A stretch of 64,000 nt of DNA from Candidatus Melainabacteria bacterium 17Bon1m (lineage in GTDB: Bacteria; Cyanobacteriota; Vampirovibrionia; Obscuribacterales; Obscuribacteraceae): NCBI GenBank assembly GCA_032128875.1, contig JAVLKG010000004.1:512001-576000 (forward strand), given 5' to 3'. The notes below the pieces were generated by a model. It saw nothing but the letters and a program-made list of their open reading frames with translations, did not search any database and was not told the origin of the DNA. The position numbers and the translations under genes are program-made. Shown here piece by piece: positions 8,610 through 19,122 of the stretch. Positions within the stretch are counted from its first letter, which is position 1, and the number at the start of each line of letters is the position of its first letter.

Positions 8610-9065
8610 ATGAAAGTAAGTGGAAGGTCCTTGGCGATTGTGTTTCTGTCATCTCTTCTGGTTTTAGGCGGAGTTCAATCAGCAAGAGCCGGCGACCGGG
8701 TCAAGAGCGACGAAAAAGCGGCCGAAGCCGCAGCTGAAAAGGCCGCCATAGACTGGCTGGCTCTCATTGACCAGTCAAAATATATGCAAAGTTGGGATGA
8801 GGCGGCTCCATATTTCAAGTCAATGTTGAACAAGTCTCAATGGGAATCGCAGGTCAAGGCTGCACGTGAACCAATGGGCAAGCTGATCTCTCGCAGTGTA
8901 AAAACGAGACAATTCTCCAAAACCTTACCGGGAGCGCCTGACGGCGAGTATGTCGTAATTCAGTTCGACACGAAGTTTGAAAACAAAGCTGCGGCAGTGG
9001 AAACAATCACTCCCCAAAAGGATCCGGAAGGTAATTGGCGGGTCAGCGGGTATTTCATACGCTGA
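8610..9065 (+). CDS. Exported DUF4019-domain protein
   Basis: Signal peptide ending ARA-G; WLALID..Y..SW, TLPGAPDGEY, FDTKFENK, WRVSGYFI. GAGGAGG RBS. Confidence 0.85.
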   Translation: MKVSGRSLAIVFLSSLLVLGGVQSARAGDRVKSDEKAAEAAAEKAAIDWLALIDQSKYMQSWDEAAPYFKSMLNKSQWESQVKAAREPMGKLISRSVKTRQFSKTLPGAPDGEYVVIQFDTKFENKAAAVETITPQKDPEGNWRVSGYFIR

Positions 9066-9301
9066 AAAGTAGCTGATAGAGAACTCTGATTACTAATTAA
9101 GCTCGACTTAAAGGGCGGCAAGTCTGTGGCTGGACGCATGGATCGAGGCGTTAGCCGTGAAGAGACATTAATAGTTGTCCGTAAAGATCCGTCCTTGCTC
9201 ATATTAGAAACTTCTGTGCGGAGGTTATAATCCGCGTGAATGCGCCAACGCGCCTAATTTGGTATGCCTGCAAATTAAGAACCGCCTCGGAAACCTTGGA
9301 A

Positions 9302-10909
9302 ATGATCATAGTCAACGAAGTAAGTAAAGGATTCGGCTCTCGGACGCTCTTTGATAACGTATCTGTCAAATTCAGCCCGGGTTATAGATATGGTTTGACC
9401 GGACCCAATGGTGCCGGAAAGTCCACATTCATGAAGATTTTGACCGGTGAGGTTGAACCTACCAATAACGGCACGATCAGCCGTCCGTCGAAAGTGGGCG
9501 TCTTAAAACAAGATCAATTTGCGTACGACAATGAACGTATCGTTGACACTGTTGTGATGGGCAACGAAGTATTGTGGAACGCTTTTAAGGAGAGAGAACA
9601 ACTCTGTCAATTGACTGAATTGACAGAAGAGCAAATGCTCCGGCTTGGTGATTTGGAGTCGATTGTTGCTGACGAAGATGGCTATACGGCTGAATTTGAA
9701 GCAGCAGAAATCTTGAGGGGAATTGGCATTCCCGATGAAGAGCATGAAAATTTGATGAGCACGTTGCCGACTGACTATAAGTTTCGCGTGCTTTTGGCTC
9801 AAGCGCTCTTTGCCGGTCCCCAAGCACTTCTTCTAGATGAGCCGACAAACCACTTAGACCTTGAATCTATCCACTGGTTAGAAGAATTTTTGGCGGACTA
9901 CAAAGGTGTTTTGATCGTTATCTCACACGATAGGCATTTTTTGAATTCAGTTTGCACCCATATCGCAGACATCGACTACGACACAATCATTGTCTATCCG
10001 GGCAATTATGACGACATGGTCGAACACAAAATGCAGGCACGTCAATCGATCGAAGCCGATAATCGAGAGAAAGCGAAGAAGGTTGCTCAGTTGCAAGAAT
10101 TCGTTGCCAGATTTGCAGCAGGTCAACGCTCTAGCCAGGTTCAATCACGGAAAAAAGAAATTGCCAGACTTGCTCCTCAAGAATTGAAGAGGTCAAACAT
10201 TCAAAGACCTTACATTCGATTCGAGCAAGAAAAGCCGCTTGGGCGTGAGATTCTGCGCGCTGAAGGGCTGACTAAAGAATTTGATGGAAAGACTCTCTTC
10301 AAAGACTTTAGACTCGACGTTTATCGTGGCGACAAAATTGCCATTATCGGTGGTAACGGTGTTGGAAAAACAACACTCATCCGGTGTTTGATTGGTGAAA
10401 TAGAGCCTGACAAAGGCAGCGTCAAATGGGGCGATAACGCGTCTTGGAGCTACTATCCTCAAGATTTTCACCAAGATATTCCTGCAAACACGACCGCCAA
10501 TGACTGGTTGATGACCTACATGACCGATGAAGGACATCAATTCGTGCGTGGTGTACTTGGAAGGATGCTCTTCTCTGGAGATGAAGCACAAAAGTCCACA
10601 GACGCCTTGTCGGGCGGAGAGGCTGCGCGTCTGCTTATGGCTCGCATGATGATGCAAAAGAATCCGATTCTCGTCTTTGACGAACCAACAAACCACCTGG
10701 ATCTGGAAGCTGTTAATGCTTTGGGAGAGGGCCTTTCAGTTTTTCAAGGCACGGTCTTCGTCGTATCGCACGACCGTGACTTGATTACAGATGTGGCAAC
10801 CAGGATCGTGTCCTTTACTCCGGAAGGAATTATCGACTTTAACGGAACCTATCCTGAGTACTTGGAAACGCACAAATTCAAGGAATACAGCCGCGCCGGC
10901 AAGCGCTAA
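9302..10909 (+). CDS. ABC-F family ATPase (YbiT-like, ribosome-associated)
   Basis: Two ABC domains without TM: GPNGAGKST, LLLDEPTNHLD, ISHDRHFLN; GGNGVGKTT, LSGGE, FDEPTNHLD, VSHDR. ATG 9302 preferred to GTG 9236. Confidence 0.95.
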   Translation: MIIVNEVSKGFGSRTLFDNVSVKFSPGYRYGLTGPNGAGKSTFMKILTGEVEPTNNGTISRPSKVGVLKQDQFAYDNERIVDTVVMGNEVLWNAFKEREQLCQLTELTEEQMLRLGDLESIVADEDGYTAEFEAAEILRGIGIPDEEHENLMSTLPTDYKFRVLLAQALFAGPQALLLDEPTNHLDLESIHWLEEFLADYKGVLIVISHDRHFLNSVCTHIADIDYDTIIVYPGNYDDMVEHKMQARQSIEADNREKAKKVAQLQEFVARFAAGQRSSQVQSRKKEIARLAPQELKRSNIQRPYIRFEQEKPLGREILRAEGLTKEFDGKTLFKDFRLDVYRGDKIAIIGGNGVGKTTLIRCLIGEIEPDKGSVKWGDNASWSYYPQDFHQDIPANTTANDWLMTYMTDEGHQFVRGVLGRMLFSGDEAQKSTDALSGGEAARLLMARMMMQKNPILVFDEPTNHLDLEAVNALGEGLSVFQGTVFVVSHDRDLITDVATRIVSFTPEGIIDFNGTYPEYLETHKFKEYSRAGKR

Positions 10910-10942
10910 CACCGCTTGGCAGTTTTGCGGGTTGGAGATTCA

Positions 10943-10982
10943 GCCCTGGAAAAAAGGTCGTTAACGGCCTTTTTTCCAGGGC
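10943..10982. repeat. REP-like palindrome copy with extended stem, between convergent genes; likely bidirectional terminator
   Basis: gccctg-gaaaaaaggtcgttaacggccttttttc-cagggc: 40-bp inverted repeat with one G-T pair; core at 10949-10976. Confidence 0.9.
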
Positions 10983-11001
10983 CTCGTTTTGCTTGCTGGA
11001 T

Positions 11002-12666
11002 TTACGAATTCTCTGGCTGTTTTTGTTTGCTCAAGCGAATGACATCTTCATCCAGATTGCCCGAGTGCTCCTGAGAGTCAGCCAAAAAGGTTTCCAGTTC
11101 ACTTGCTATAGCTTCTGCACTTTCATAACGCTTGGCGACATCAATGGCTGTTGCCTTTGCAACTATGAAATTCATCGTCTGGGAGAATTGGTTGCCCAGT
11201 TGTGCAGTTTGGATCGCTTCTGGCTCAGTTCCTGTCAGCAGAAAGTACATTGACGCGCCCAGCGAATAAAGGTCGCTCTGTGGAACAGGTTTTCCTCGGA
11301 ATTGTTCTGGCGCCATAAAATTTGGCTTGCCCACAACTGAGCCTGTGACATTTGCTTCGACCTGCCTGGCTACGGAAAAATCAATCAGCTTAAGCATGCC
11401 TTCTGCACTCAGTATTAAATTGTCTGGTGTGAAATCGCGGTGCGTAACAGGCGGTTCATTGCTATGTAGAAATTTCAAAATCCCACACATTTGCCATGCC
11501 AAACGCGCCACTTCCCGTTCGTTCAGTCTCCCTTCTCGTTGTACCAGCGATTTGAGATTTTCTCCTTTGGCTCTTTCCATAACCAGATAGGCTCTGTGAT
11601 CTTCGATGAATAAGTCGAAAAAGCGCACTATCTGCGGATGATGAAGTCTAGACAACATTTCTGCTTCAACTTGAAAGCGCTCTGCGGCCTTCATGCGCAC
11701 TTTAGGATCCGGATATACAGGCAGCATGAATTCCTTCAACGCAATTAAATTTGCATCGGCCGGCAGTCGTTCTGAACGTGCCAGATAAACAGTTCCCTGA
11801 CCGCCCATCCCTAGCTTTTCTTGAATGGTGTATGCACCATCTTGTAACTTCAGTCCGGGAGACAGTGGCGTTAGTTTGTCTCGCTTGGGTGCGGCCGCCA
11901 GCTCGCGGAGCCAAATTTCAGTATAGCTTTGTCTTACTGTTGGAGAGCCGAAAACATCTTTCAGTTCTTCGCATGAGACATCTGCTGGTACCAGTTTAGT
12001 CAATACTTCTATAAGCTTCATTCGATGCCACGGAGAGAGAATATCTCCATAGCGAATTTTTACCGGTTTTGCGTTATTTGAATGGATCGTTATTACATAG
12101 TCGAGATTCGATCGCTTTTTTTCGGGACGAATCAATTTGACCTCGACGATTTCACTCCATGGCACAAATTGCTTCGAGACCCACTGTGCACTGACTTCGG
12201 AGGAAATTGAGACTGACTTTAGCATTATTTCCAGTCCCGAACTTCCCAAATAGATTGTATTTGGATTTACCTTTTGTTCGAGCGTCAGCTTCGCAATCCA
12301 CAGTCCAATCAAAATGAAAATTGGCTGCGAAACTGTAGAGAGAATTTGGATGAAATCGAAACTGCTATTGCTTGCCTGCATCTTCAAAAATGGCTTGAAA
12401 GGCACAAGCAATGTCTTTGCTAGAAAAATTAAAGCCGGTTCCAGCACATTGGTGGAAATTCCTATCAAAAAAACCAATCCGATACCAAAGAAAAACGCCG
12501 GCAACCATTTGTCGATGAGACGAAACCAGATTGATACTTCAGCATTAGGACAGTAGTCCAGGTACTCTGCCTGAAATGATGATTTAGTCGGCTCCAAACC
12601 AAGTCTGCTCTTCGATTCAGGACCAACAAATTTGTTTGCGTACTTCCCGAGAGGTATTTCGCTCAT
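11002..12666 (-). CDS. Membrane Ser/Thr kinase (N-terminal TM helices, small beta domain, C-terminal kinase)
   Basis: LGMGGQGTVY, IALKE, HRDFTPDN, DFS, GKPNFMAPE. ATG 12666 overlaps the upstream stop (ATGA). Confidence 0.92.
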   Translation of the reverse strand: MSEIPLGKYANKFVGPESKSRLGLEPTKSSFQAEYLDYCPNAEVSIWFRLIDKWLPAFFFGIGLVFLIGISTNVLEPALIFLAKTLLVPFKPFLKMQASNSSFDFIQILSTVSQPIFILIGLWIAKLTLEQKVNPNTIYLGSSGLEIMLKSVSISSEVSAQWVSKQFVPWSEIVEVKLIRPEKKRSNLDYVITIHSNNAKPVKIRYGDILSPWHRMKLIEVLTKLVPADVSCEELKDVFGSPTVRQSYTEIWLRELAAAPKRDKLTPLSPGLKLQDGAYTIQEKLGMGGQGTVYLARSERLPADANLIALKEFMLPVYPDPKVRMKAAERFQVEAEMLSRLHHPQIVRFFDLFIEDHRAYLVMERAKGENLKSLVQREGRLNEREVARLAWQMCGILKFLHSNEPPVTHRDFTPDNLILSAEGMLKLIDFSVARQVEANVTGSVVGKPNFMAPEQFRGKPVPQSDLYSLGASMYFLLTGTEPEAIQTAQLGNQFSQTMNFIVAKATAIDVAKRYESAEAIASELETFLADSQEHSGNLDEDVIRLSKQKQPENS

Positions 12667-14063
12667 TTGCCTCTCCAACTGGAAAGTGTATTGGCGACGT
12701 CTCTTGCAGCGCCGGGCCGCTTCTCTTGTTCAAGTTGCGTTAGCGAAATAACCAAATCGTTTAGATATTCTGGCACGTCAGGTTTTACTGTTTGCGGGCT
12801 GGAAATACTGATAGGTTCTGGATCTTTGCCTGTAAGTAAAAAGAAGAGTGTACATCCGAACGAATAGAGATCGCTCTTCACAGTTGGCTTTCCTCTCAAC
12901 TGTTCGGGTGCAATGTAAGCTTGTTTTCCGATTAAAGTGCACGTTGCCGTGCCCAAGAAAGAATTTGCGGCACCAAAGTCGATTATTGAAAGCGTCTCGT
13001 CTTCTTTTAAAATGATATTGTCAGCCGAAATGTCTCGATGCACTACAGGCGGTTCTTGCTCGTGCAAGTAAGAAAGAATTTCAGCAATTTGGCGACCCCA
13101 CTCGATAGTCTCCCTGTAGGAAACAGACCCATTCTCTTTGACAAATCTGCGTAAATCAGTGCCTTTCACATACTCCATGAGCAAGTAGTGACGATCATCT
13201 TCGACAAAATAATCATAAACTCGTGCCAAGCCGTGATGGTTTAAACGGCTTAGATAATGCGCTTCGCGCTCGAGCATATGAATTGATTGCTTGCGCAATT
13301 TTTCATCTGCTTCCTTCGGAATCACTGCTTCTTTTAATACCAAAGTTTTACTGTCTGTGTCTTTGACGAGATAGATTGCCGACAGTCCACCGAAAGCCAT
13401 TTGTCTTTCCAAAGTCAGTAAGCCTTCTTGTAATTTGTGTCCGGGTTCAAGTGGAATGAAATTGGTGGCTCCAAACCGGACTGAAAGCTCTTCTTCCCAC
13501 ATCTCTGTATAGGAGTGCTTGTCCTTTTCATCCGTAAGCGTATGTCCACTTAGATGTGCGCGTGCTTCCAGAAGCGCCGGAAAACTGTCACTACCACCTC
13601 CCCAGACATCGATTGCCACAATCATTTGCTCGAGATCTTTCGGTTTGAAGTATCTAGAATCAAATTCGACCTTTTTGCCGTCCTTGAAGGAGAGCTTGAG
13701 TAGACCTCCTTTTTCACGCGCTCGAAAGCTGACCGTCATTAGATCCGCCCATTGACGCTCAGATCGAAAACCGAAGCGGGGAAGCAGGAAAAATGGCAAT
13801 GAAATGCCTTCCCTTGTGAGAAAAACGCTATCGTCAGAGGAAAGTAGCGCTAAAGAAATTAGCGCGGCAAAGAAAATTATCTCCATCATGATTAAGAGTG
13901 AGGTTGGTCCATACTGAATAAAACTGCTGACGACGGCGAAAGTCATGACGAAGCTGGACCAAAATAGAAAAACACCCATTAAAGGCAAAAATACATAGAG
14001 CGAGCGATTCAAAATAAGAACTGGATAGGTCCTATAGCGAATGTTAACTTCTGCTTCCGACAT
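12663..14063 (-). CDS. Membrane Ser/Thr kinase, paralogue of the downstream gene
   Basis: Two N-terminal TMs; FGGLSAIY, VLKE, HRDISADN, DFG, GKQAYIAPE. Shares SYTExWxxEL..PLxPGxKLQxG with its neighbour. ATG 14063 preferred to TTG 14087. Confidence 0.92.
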   Translation of the reverse strand: MSEAEVNIRYRTYPVLILNRSLYVFLPLMGVFLFWSSFVMTFAVVSSFIQYGPTSLLIMMEIIFFAALISLALLSSDDSVFLTREGISLPFFLLPRFGFRSERQWADLMTVSFRAREKGGLLKLSFKDGKKVEFDSRYFKPKDLEQMIVAIDVWGGGSDSFPALLEARAHLSGHTLTDEKDKHSYTEMWEEELSVRFGATNFIPLEPGHKLQEGLLTLERQMAFGGLSAIYLVKDTDSKTLVLKEAVIPKEADEKLRKQSIHMLEREAHYLSRLNHHGLARVYDYFVEDDRHYLLMEYVKGTDLRRFVKENGSVSYRETIEWGRQIAEILSYLHEQEPPVVHRDISADNIILKEDETLSIIDFGAANSFLGTATCTLIGKQAYIAPEQLRGKPTVKSDLYSFGCTLFFLLTGKDPEPISISSPQTVKPDVPEYLNDLVISLTQLEQEKRPGAARDVANTLSSWRGK

Positions 14064-14303
14064 GCTTTTGCCCGACGTGAGGTGCAAGTAATGTTCCCTT
14101 TCGGTTACCTAAATACGCGCACTGGCAATACCGTCGATAAGCCTGCGGGGATGGCACTCTTGCCCAGACGGAGCTAATGTAGGATCTCCCGGATAAGTGC
14201 ATAATGGCGGGCTGACAGACTTTGGCGCATCAGCCTCGTTGCGGCTTAGAATGCGCTAAAGACCTGCGAATGAGGCTGCCGTAGATATCTCGAGGATAGA
14301 GGC

Positions 14304-17300
14304 GTGAAAGAGCTGACCCTTCAACTTTCTGGGCGCACGATTGTGAATGTTGCTCTTTCACTTGCGCTATTAAATGCCGCCATAATATCGCCCTCGCCCG
14401 CAACCGCTGCGCCTAGCACGGCCCCCACGATTACTAAAATCCCCGGTCAGCAAGAGGGGTTGAATAACAAACAGCAAGAGCACCTTTCTCAGCTAGAAGC
14501 AGCGCTGGAAAAGGCTCGCAAAGGCAAAGGCGAGGCAGAGGCGGATGCGCTGTATCAACTGGGTCAATTCCACTTTTCCATAGGCGAGATCAACAAGGCA
14601 GAAGGATACTTCCGTCAATCGATGACCGTTGAAGACAAATTGCATAGGCAAGAGCAGTCTTTGCAGGTGCGCATCGCTCTTGCCCATTTGATGATGGCAC
14701 AAAAGCGTACGGAAGACGCACTTGCATTGTATAAAGAAGCACTTGCTGTCGCTACGAGAAACAAGAACAGCGAGCAAATCGCAAGTGTCTTGGACAACAT
14801 GGCGTCGTGTTTTTTACTTTCCGGCGATTTAGACCAAGCAGAAAAGTTGCTTGGAGAGTCACTTGAATCATCAACATCGCCCGCCGTGAAAGCCAATGCT
14901 TTGATAAATTTGGCAGCGGTGGCTGCTGCCAGACGGAATAGCCAATTGGCTCTGGAGCGCTCTCAGAAGGCAATTGAGCTTGCTTCGGGCTCAGAAGAAC
15001 TCCGCACAATCGGACTTGCCTATCGTCAAAAAGGCAGAGCCTATGCCAATATCGGCGACTACGAGAATGCTATAGCCGTCTATCGGCAAGCAGCAAAGAA
15101 TTTTGAAGAAGATGTTGAAACATTGTTGCAGGCGCAAGTTTTGCTCAGTATAGGCCAACTTCAACTGGCTTCTCGCCAAGCGCAAGAAGCAAAAGTGGAA
15201 TTGAAAAAAGCAATTGAAATTGCCCGTGGAGAAAACGATTGGCACCTGCTAATTGAATGCATGATTGCTCTAGGCGCCGCCGAAGCCGACACTGCTAATT
15301 TCGATGCAGCAAGAAATTTGCATGCCGAGGCATCAAAAATGGCGCAGTCAAATAACAATAAGCGCTGCCAGTATTTGGCCGCATCGGAAGAAGGATTTGA
15401 CTTTCTTTTGGAAGGAAAAGTCGAAAAGGCTTTAGATCGATTTTTGGAAGCAAATTCGCTCATCTCAAAAGCAAATAACAGCAATGCCAAAGAGCACGCC
15501 GCAATCTTGCGCGACCTGGGTTTGTGTTACAGATCACTGGGACAAATGGAAGCTGCCACTAAGTATTATCTGGAATCTGCGGCTCTATTCGAATCAGTCG
15601 GTGATATTGAAGATCAGGCGCTACTTACAAACAGCGTTGCTGTGGTGTATCTCGACATGGGAAAGCGCGGCGAGTTCGAGCGTGAGTTCGACCTGGCCCG
15701 CAATCTTGCCGCGCAAAGTAAGAATCGCGCCGTTATCGCTTGCCTTGCTTTCAACAAGGCGCAATTCGACTTCCTGGAGAAGAAATTCGATGCCGCCCTC
15801 AAGTCATACACCGAAGCCGTGGAAGCTGCACGTGCAGCTAAAGACATGAAAACAGAATGTATGTCTTTGAATGGACTTGGGTTCACTTGCCTGGCCATGA
15901 AAAATGCTAGTCAGGCACAAGGATATTTTTCTGAGGCGGCTAAACTGGCTGAAGCTCAAGGTCTATTTGAGGCGCGCTGGGATGTCGCTCTTGGTTTGGG
16001 GAAAACTCTCAGAGCAGTCGGTCAAAACGCGGAGGCTGAAGTTCAGCTAAAGAAGGCTGTATCACTGGTGGAAAAGGAAAGATCCTTTCTATCGCGCGAT
16101 ACTTTTAAGACGTTTAGTCTTGACTTGAGGCAAGAGTGCTTCTTAGAACTGATTGACTTGTACGCCTCTACGGGCAAAGCTGACCTTGCTCTTGAACTCG
16201 CTGAAAAAGGCAGAGCTCGCGCGTTTCTCGACCTGCTTGCCGGACGTGTAAATCGCAGCTCTGCAGATACAGTGGCTCTGGTTATCGAAGGCTCTGACGA
16301 AAAGAAATCTCCGATTTCTTCTAACCTGGTTGCGATGTCCGACAACACGCAAGATTCCGTCGTTCGAGGAGTAAAGATAGTCCCCAGAGCTTCGACTCTC
16401 GTCGAATCGTCAGCGTACAGTCCTGTCAATGCCGCACCGCCTAGTCTTGCTGAAATTGTAGAACTTGTTAAACACCACAACTCCCACGTGGTTGAGTACT
16501 GCATGCTCAAGGATAAGTTGCTTATCTGGGTGATTAGTCCTACCGGTGAAATAAGACTTGCACCACCTGTGGTGATAAGTTCCTTAGAACTGAAAAAGAA
16601 AATTCGAGACACTCATAATTCGATTGCTCAGGCTGCCAGGCTCCCGAAGGACATGGCAGATCAGGACAAAACTCGAGAGATTCTACTGAAAGACCTTTAC
16701 TCGATACTGATACAGCCGGTGCAGAGCTACTTGCCAGAATCACCGGACAGCGTTGTCACATTTGTGCCTCATGGTGCGCTTTTTTCTGTTCCGTTCGCCG
16801 CTCTCATGTCCACTAAAGGCAAATATCTAATTGAGGAGAGAACCGTTAGCTATTTGCCTGCTATCGGAGTTCTTCGCGCGACAGAGAAAATCGCATCTGA
16901 ACCCGATCGCCCTTCAGACAACACATTGCTAGCCTTTGGCAATCCCATCACCAAAGTAATTGCATTCCTTGGCACTCTGCCGTTTGCCGAAAAGGAAGTG
17001 AAGAAAGTCGCTGCACTGTTTGGTGAAGGAAAGGCTACGATCGAAGTCGGTTCACAAGCCACGAAAGCGGCGTACAAAAGCCTGGCTCCAAAGAATTCGG
17101 TTATACACCTGGCGACTCATGGATTGATATCTGAAGAGAGACCCATGGAATCGGCTCTGGTACTTGCCCCTGATGGTGCTGACGATGGTTTGCTCACAGT
17201 CAAAGACATTTTGACGATGCCACCGCTGAAAGCCAAAATGGTAGTACTTTCAGCCTGCCAGACCGGGCGTGGCAAAATTACCGGTGACGGAGTCGTCGGT

Positions 17301-17564
17301 TTGTCTCGAGCATTTATCATTGCGGGTGCACCGTCTGTAGTGGTGAGCCAGTGGAACGTAGATGACGTCATGACCGAATATCAGATGAATGAGTTTTACA
17401 AATCATTCCTTTCAGGCAAGTCCAAAGCAGCTGCTCTTCGCGATGCTCAAATCAAAACGATTTCTTTCATGGACAAGCTTCTCGCGCCTCCACCAGGGCA
17501 AGTTGCGAATCGTCCAAATCCTAGACTATGGGCGGCGTTTCAATTAATTGGCGATACTAAATAG
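14304..17564 (+). CDS. TPR-repeat CHAT-domain (caspase-like) protein with predicted signal peptide
   Basis: Hydrophobic N-terminus ending ATA-A, many TPR units, AEKGRARAFLDLL, FVPHGALFSVPFAAL, IHLATHG, VLSACQTG, GLSRAFIIAGA, WAAFQLIG. Confidence 0.93.
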   Translation: MKELTLQLSGRTIVNVALSLALLNAAIISPSPATAAPSTAPTITKIPGQQEGLNNKQQEHLSQLEAALEKARKGKGEAEADALYQLGQFHFSIGEINKAEGYFRQSMTVEDKLHRQEQSLQVRIALAHLMMAQKRTEDALALYKEALAVATRNKNSEQIASVLDNMASCFLLSGDLDQAEKLLGESLESSTSPAVKANALINLAAVAAARRNSQLALERSQKAIELASGSEELRTIGLAYRQKGRAYANIGDYENAIAVYRQAAKNFEEDVETLLQAQVLLSIGQLQLASRQAQEAKVELKKAIEIARGENDWHLLIECMIALGAAEADTANFDAARNLHAEASKMAQSNNNKRCQYLAASEEGFDFLLEGKVEKALDRFLEANSLISKANNSNAKEHAAILRDLGLCYRSLGQMEAATKYYLESAALFESVGDIEDQALLTNSVAVVYLDMGKRGEFEREFDLARNLAAQSKNRAVIACLAFNKAQFDFLEKKFDAALKSYTEAVEAARAAKDMKTECMSLNGLGFTCLAMKNASQAQGYFSEAAKLAEAQGLFEARWDVALGLGKTLRAVGQNAEAEVQLKKAVSLVEKERSFLSRDTFKTFSLDLRQECFLELIDLYASTGKADLALELAEKGRARAFLDLLAGRVNRSSADTVALVIEGSDEKKSPISSNLVAMSDNTQDSVVRGVKIVPRASTLVESSAYSPVNAAPPSLAEIVELVKHHNSHVVEYCMLKDKLLIWVISPTGEIRLAPPVVISSLELKKKIRDTHNSIAQAARLPKDMADQDKTREILLKDLYSILIQPVQSYLPESPDSVVTFVPHGALFSVPFAALMSTKGKYLIEERTVSYLPAIGVLRATEKIASEPDRPSDNTLLAFGNPITKVIAFLGTLPFAEKEVKKVAALFGEGKATIEVGSQATKAAYKSLAPKNSVIHLATHGLISEERPMESALVLAPDGADDGLLTVKDILTMPPLKAKMVVLSACQTGRGKITGDGVVGLSRAFIIAGAPSVVVSQWNVDDVMTEYQMNEFYKSFLSGKSKAAALRDAQIKTISFMDKLLAPPPGQVANRPNPRLWAAFQLIGDTK

Positions 17565-17577
17565 ATCAAATTGCTGG

Positions 17578-18888
17578 CTATTTGGACGCTAACTTTGTCG
17601 GAAAAATTGCCGGCTTCGATACTTCAGCACGCAAACCGCCATAAAGTCTGAAGTTAAAACCAGCCAGACCGGGGCTGGAATTCGCGCCCATATTGAATAT
17701 CGGCTCGGCACGAACAAAGGCAGAAAGCGGAATGTTTCTATGTAATTGACGCGCAACCTCTCCGGTCAATACAAAAACTTGGTTGTTGTTGCCGCCGCGA
17801 AGATTGCTGTTGCCGAAGTTTGTAAGGAATGTGCAATCAGTCGTAAATACCCAAGGGCTCTTTCTAAGGACGTATCCAACTGAATAGAATTGGTCGAATT
17901 CCTGGAAGCGATCGAGCATCTTCTGAAAACGCACCTGACCCATCACGCTGCCATAAACAGCTCCGTGCTGGCCCACACGTCTAACTACAACAGCAGATGG
18001 GATGATGTCCGACAGTGGCGGCGTGCTTGCGTTTTGCAAATTGAAAAACAACTCTCTGCAAAAGAGGCTAGCAGTCATCGTCGTCTTATCGTTAAGCGTG
18101 AAATCGTGATCGGCACGCAAACCAACCGAGTAAATGTTGCGGCTCAAGACATTGTCTTTGCTGGCATACTGGTCGCGGAAGAAAAAGAAGTTGCTCGCTA
18201 CGCGCGTTCGTCTGGTTACAGCGTAACCAACCGTCAGGTTTGGTACCACCCGATAAACCAAGTCAGCTTGCGGATTTCTCGATGTTTGAAAAACGTTTGT
18301 CTCCAAGCGCAGAGAATTTTCACAGACTCCAGAGAAAAACATTCGTGCCGGCAATTTGTACAACATTTTGGCTTTATAAGAGTCAAAGTTGCTGAAGGCC
18401 GCTCCCCGCTCAGGAATTCTAATTGGAGTGAGATCTAATTGCTGTGTATCGTCAGGCTTAGAGACTGATTGAGCAATGGACGCTGGCATTAGCGGATCAG
18501 CCATATTCTGCTGGGACGCAGAAATGTCATTCGACTGCGAAGTGGTATTCCCTTCATTTTGCAGTCTCAGGGTCTCCAGGGACTGTTTTGGTGGAGATAC
18601 CACTTCCGGCTCACTGATTACCTGCTCACTGGCTGCCGCACGGGTCGAGTCTGTATTGATAATCGAGTTGGAAATATTGGCCTGCACCGCCGGTGATACT
18701 GGGCTGGCAAGTGGACCGCGCAATGAGCCTAGATCTTCCAGTGCTAACGCCGGACTGGATGAGCCAACTAATGCCAGATAGCCAAAACTACTTGCTGCGA
18801 CTGCAAGCAAAATGGATTTAGACGTTTTGAATTTCTTTGGAGGCACTGGGTAACATCGCGAGTATGCAAAAACGATATCGGTTGCCAA
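17578..18888 (-). CDS. Exported protein, probable outer-membrane beta-barrel
   Basis: Basic-hydrophobic N-terminus ending ALA-L, S/P/Q-rich linker, then amphipathic aromatic strands (NLTVGYAV, YSVGLRADHDF, FYSVGYVL, FNFRLYGGLRAEV). Start uncertain. Confidence 0.7.
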   Translation of the reverse strand: MATDIVFAYSRCYPVPPKKFKTSKSILLAVAASSFGYLALVGSSSPALALEDLGSLRGPLASPVSPAVQANISNSIINTDSTRAAASEQVISEPEVVSPPKQSLETLRLQNEGNTTSQSNDISASQQNMADPLMPASIAQSVSKPDDTQQLDLTPIRIPERGAAFSNFDSYKAKMLYKLPARMFFSGVCENSLRLETNVFQTSRNPQADLVYRVVPNLTVGYAVTRRTRVASNFFFFRDQYASKDNVLSRNIYSVGLRADHDFTLNDKTTMTASLFCRELFFNLQNASTPPLSDIIPSAVVVRRVGQHGAVYGSVMGQVRFQKMLDRFQEFDQFYSVGYVLRKSPWVFTTDCTFLTNFGNSNLRGGNNNQVFVLTGEVARQLHRNIPLSAFVRAEPIFNMGANSSPGLAGFNFRLYGGLRAEVSKPAIFPTKLASK

Positions 18889-19122
18889 TATGTGGTTCTT
18901 CCGATGTCATCTGGATTATAGCTAACCTTTTATAAGCCGCCATGACCGCGCACTCAGTGCTTTTGTCGAATCCACTCAGATTCTTTGAAAGAACCGCTGA
19001 CAGTCAATGCCACCATCGACGGTGAGATATCTCTTATGCCCGTAGCTTCAAGCAAAGGTTGTTATCAAGATGCAGGCTTGTCTGCGACAATCAGGTAATC
19101 AAAAATTCAATGGGGTAACACA

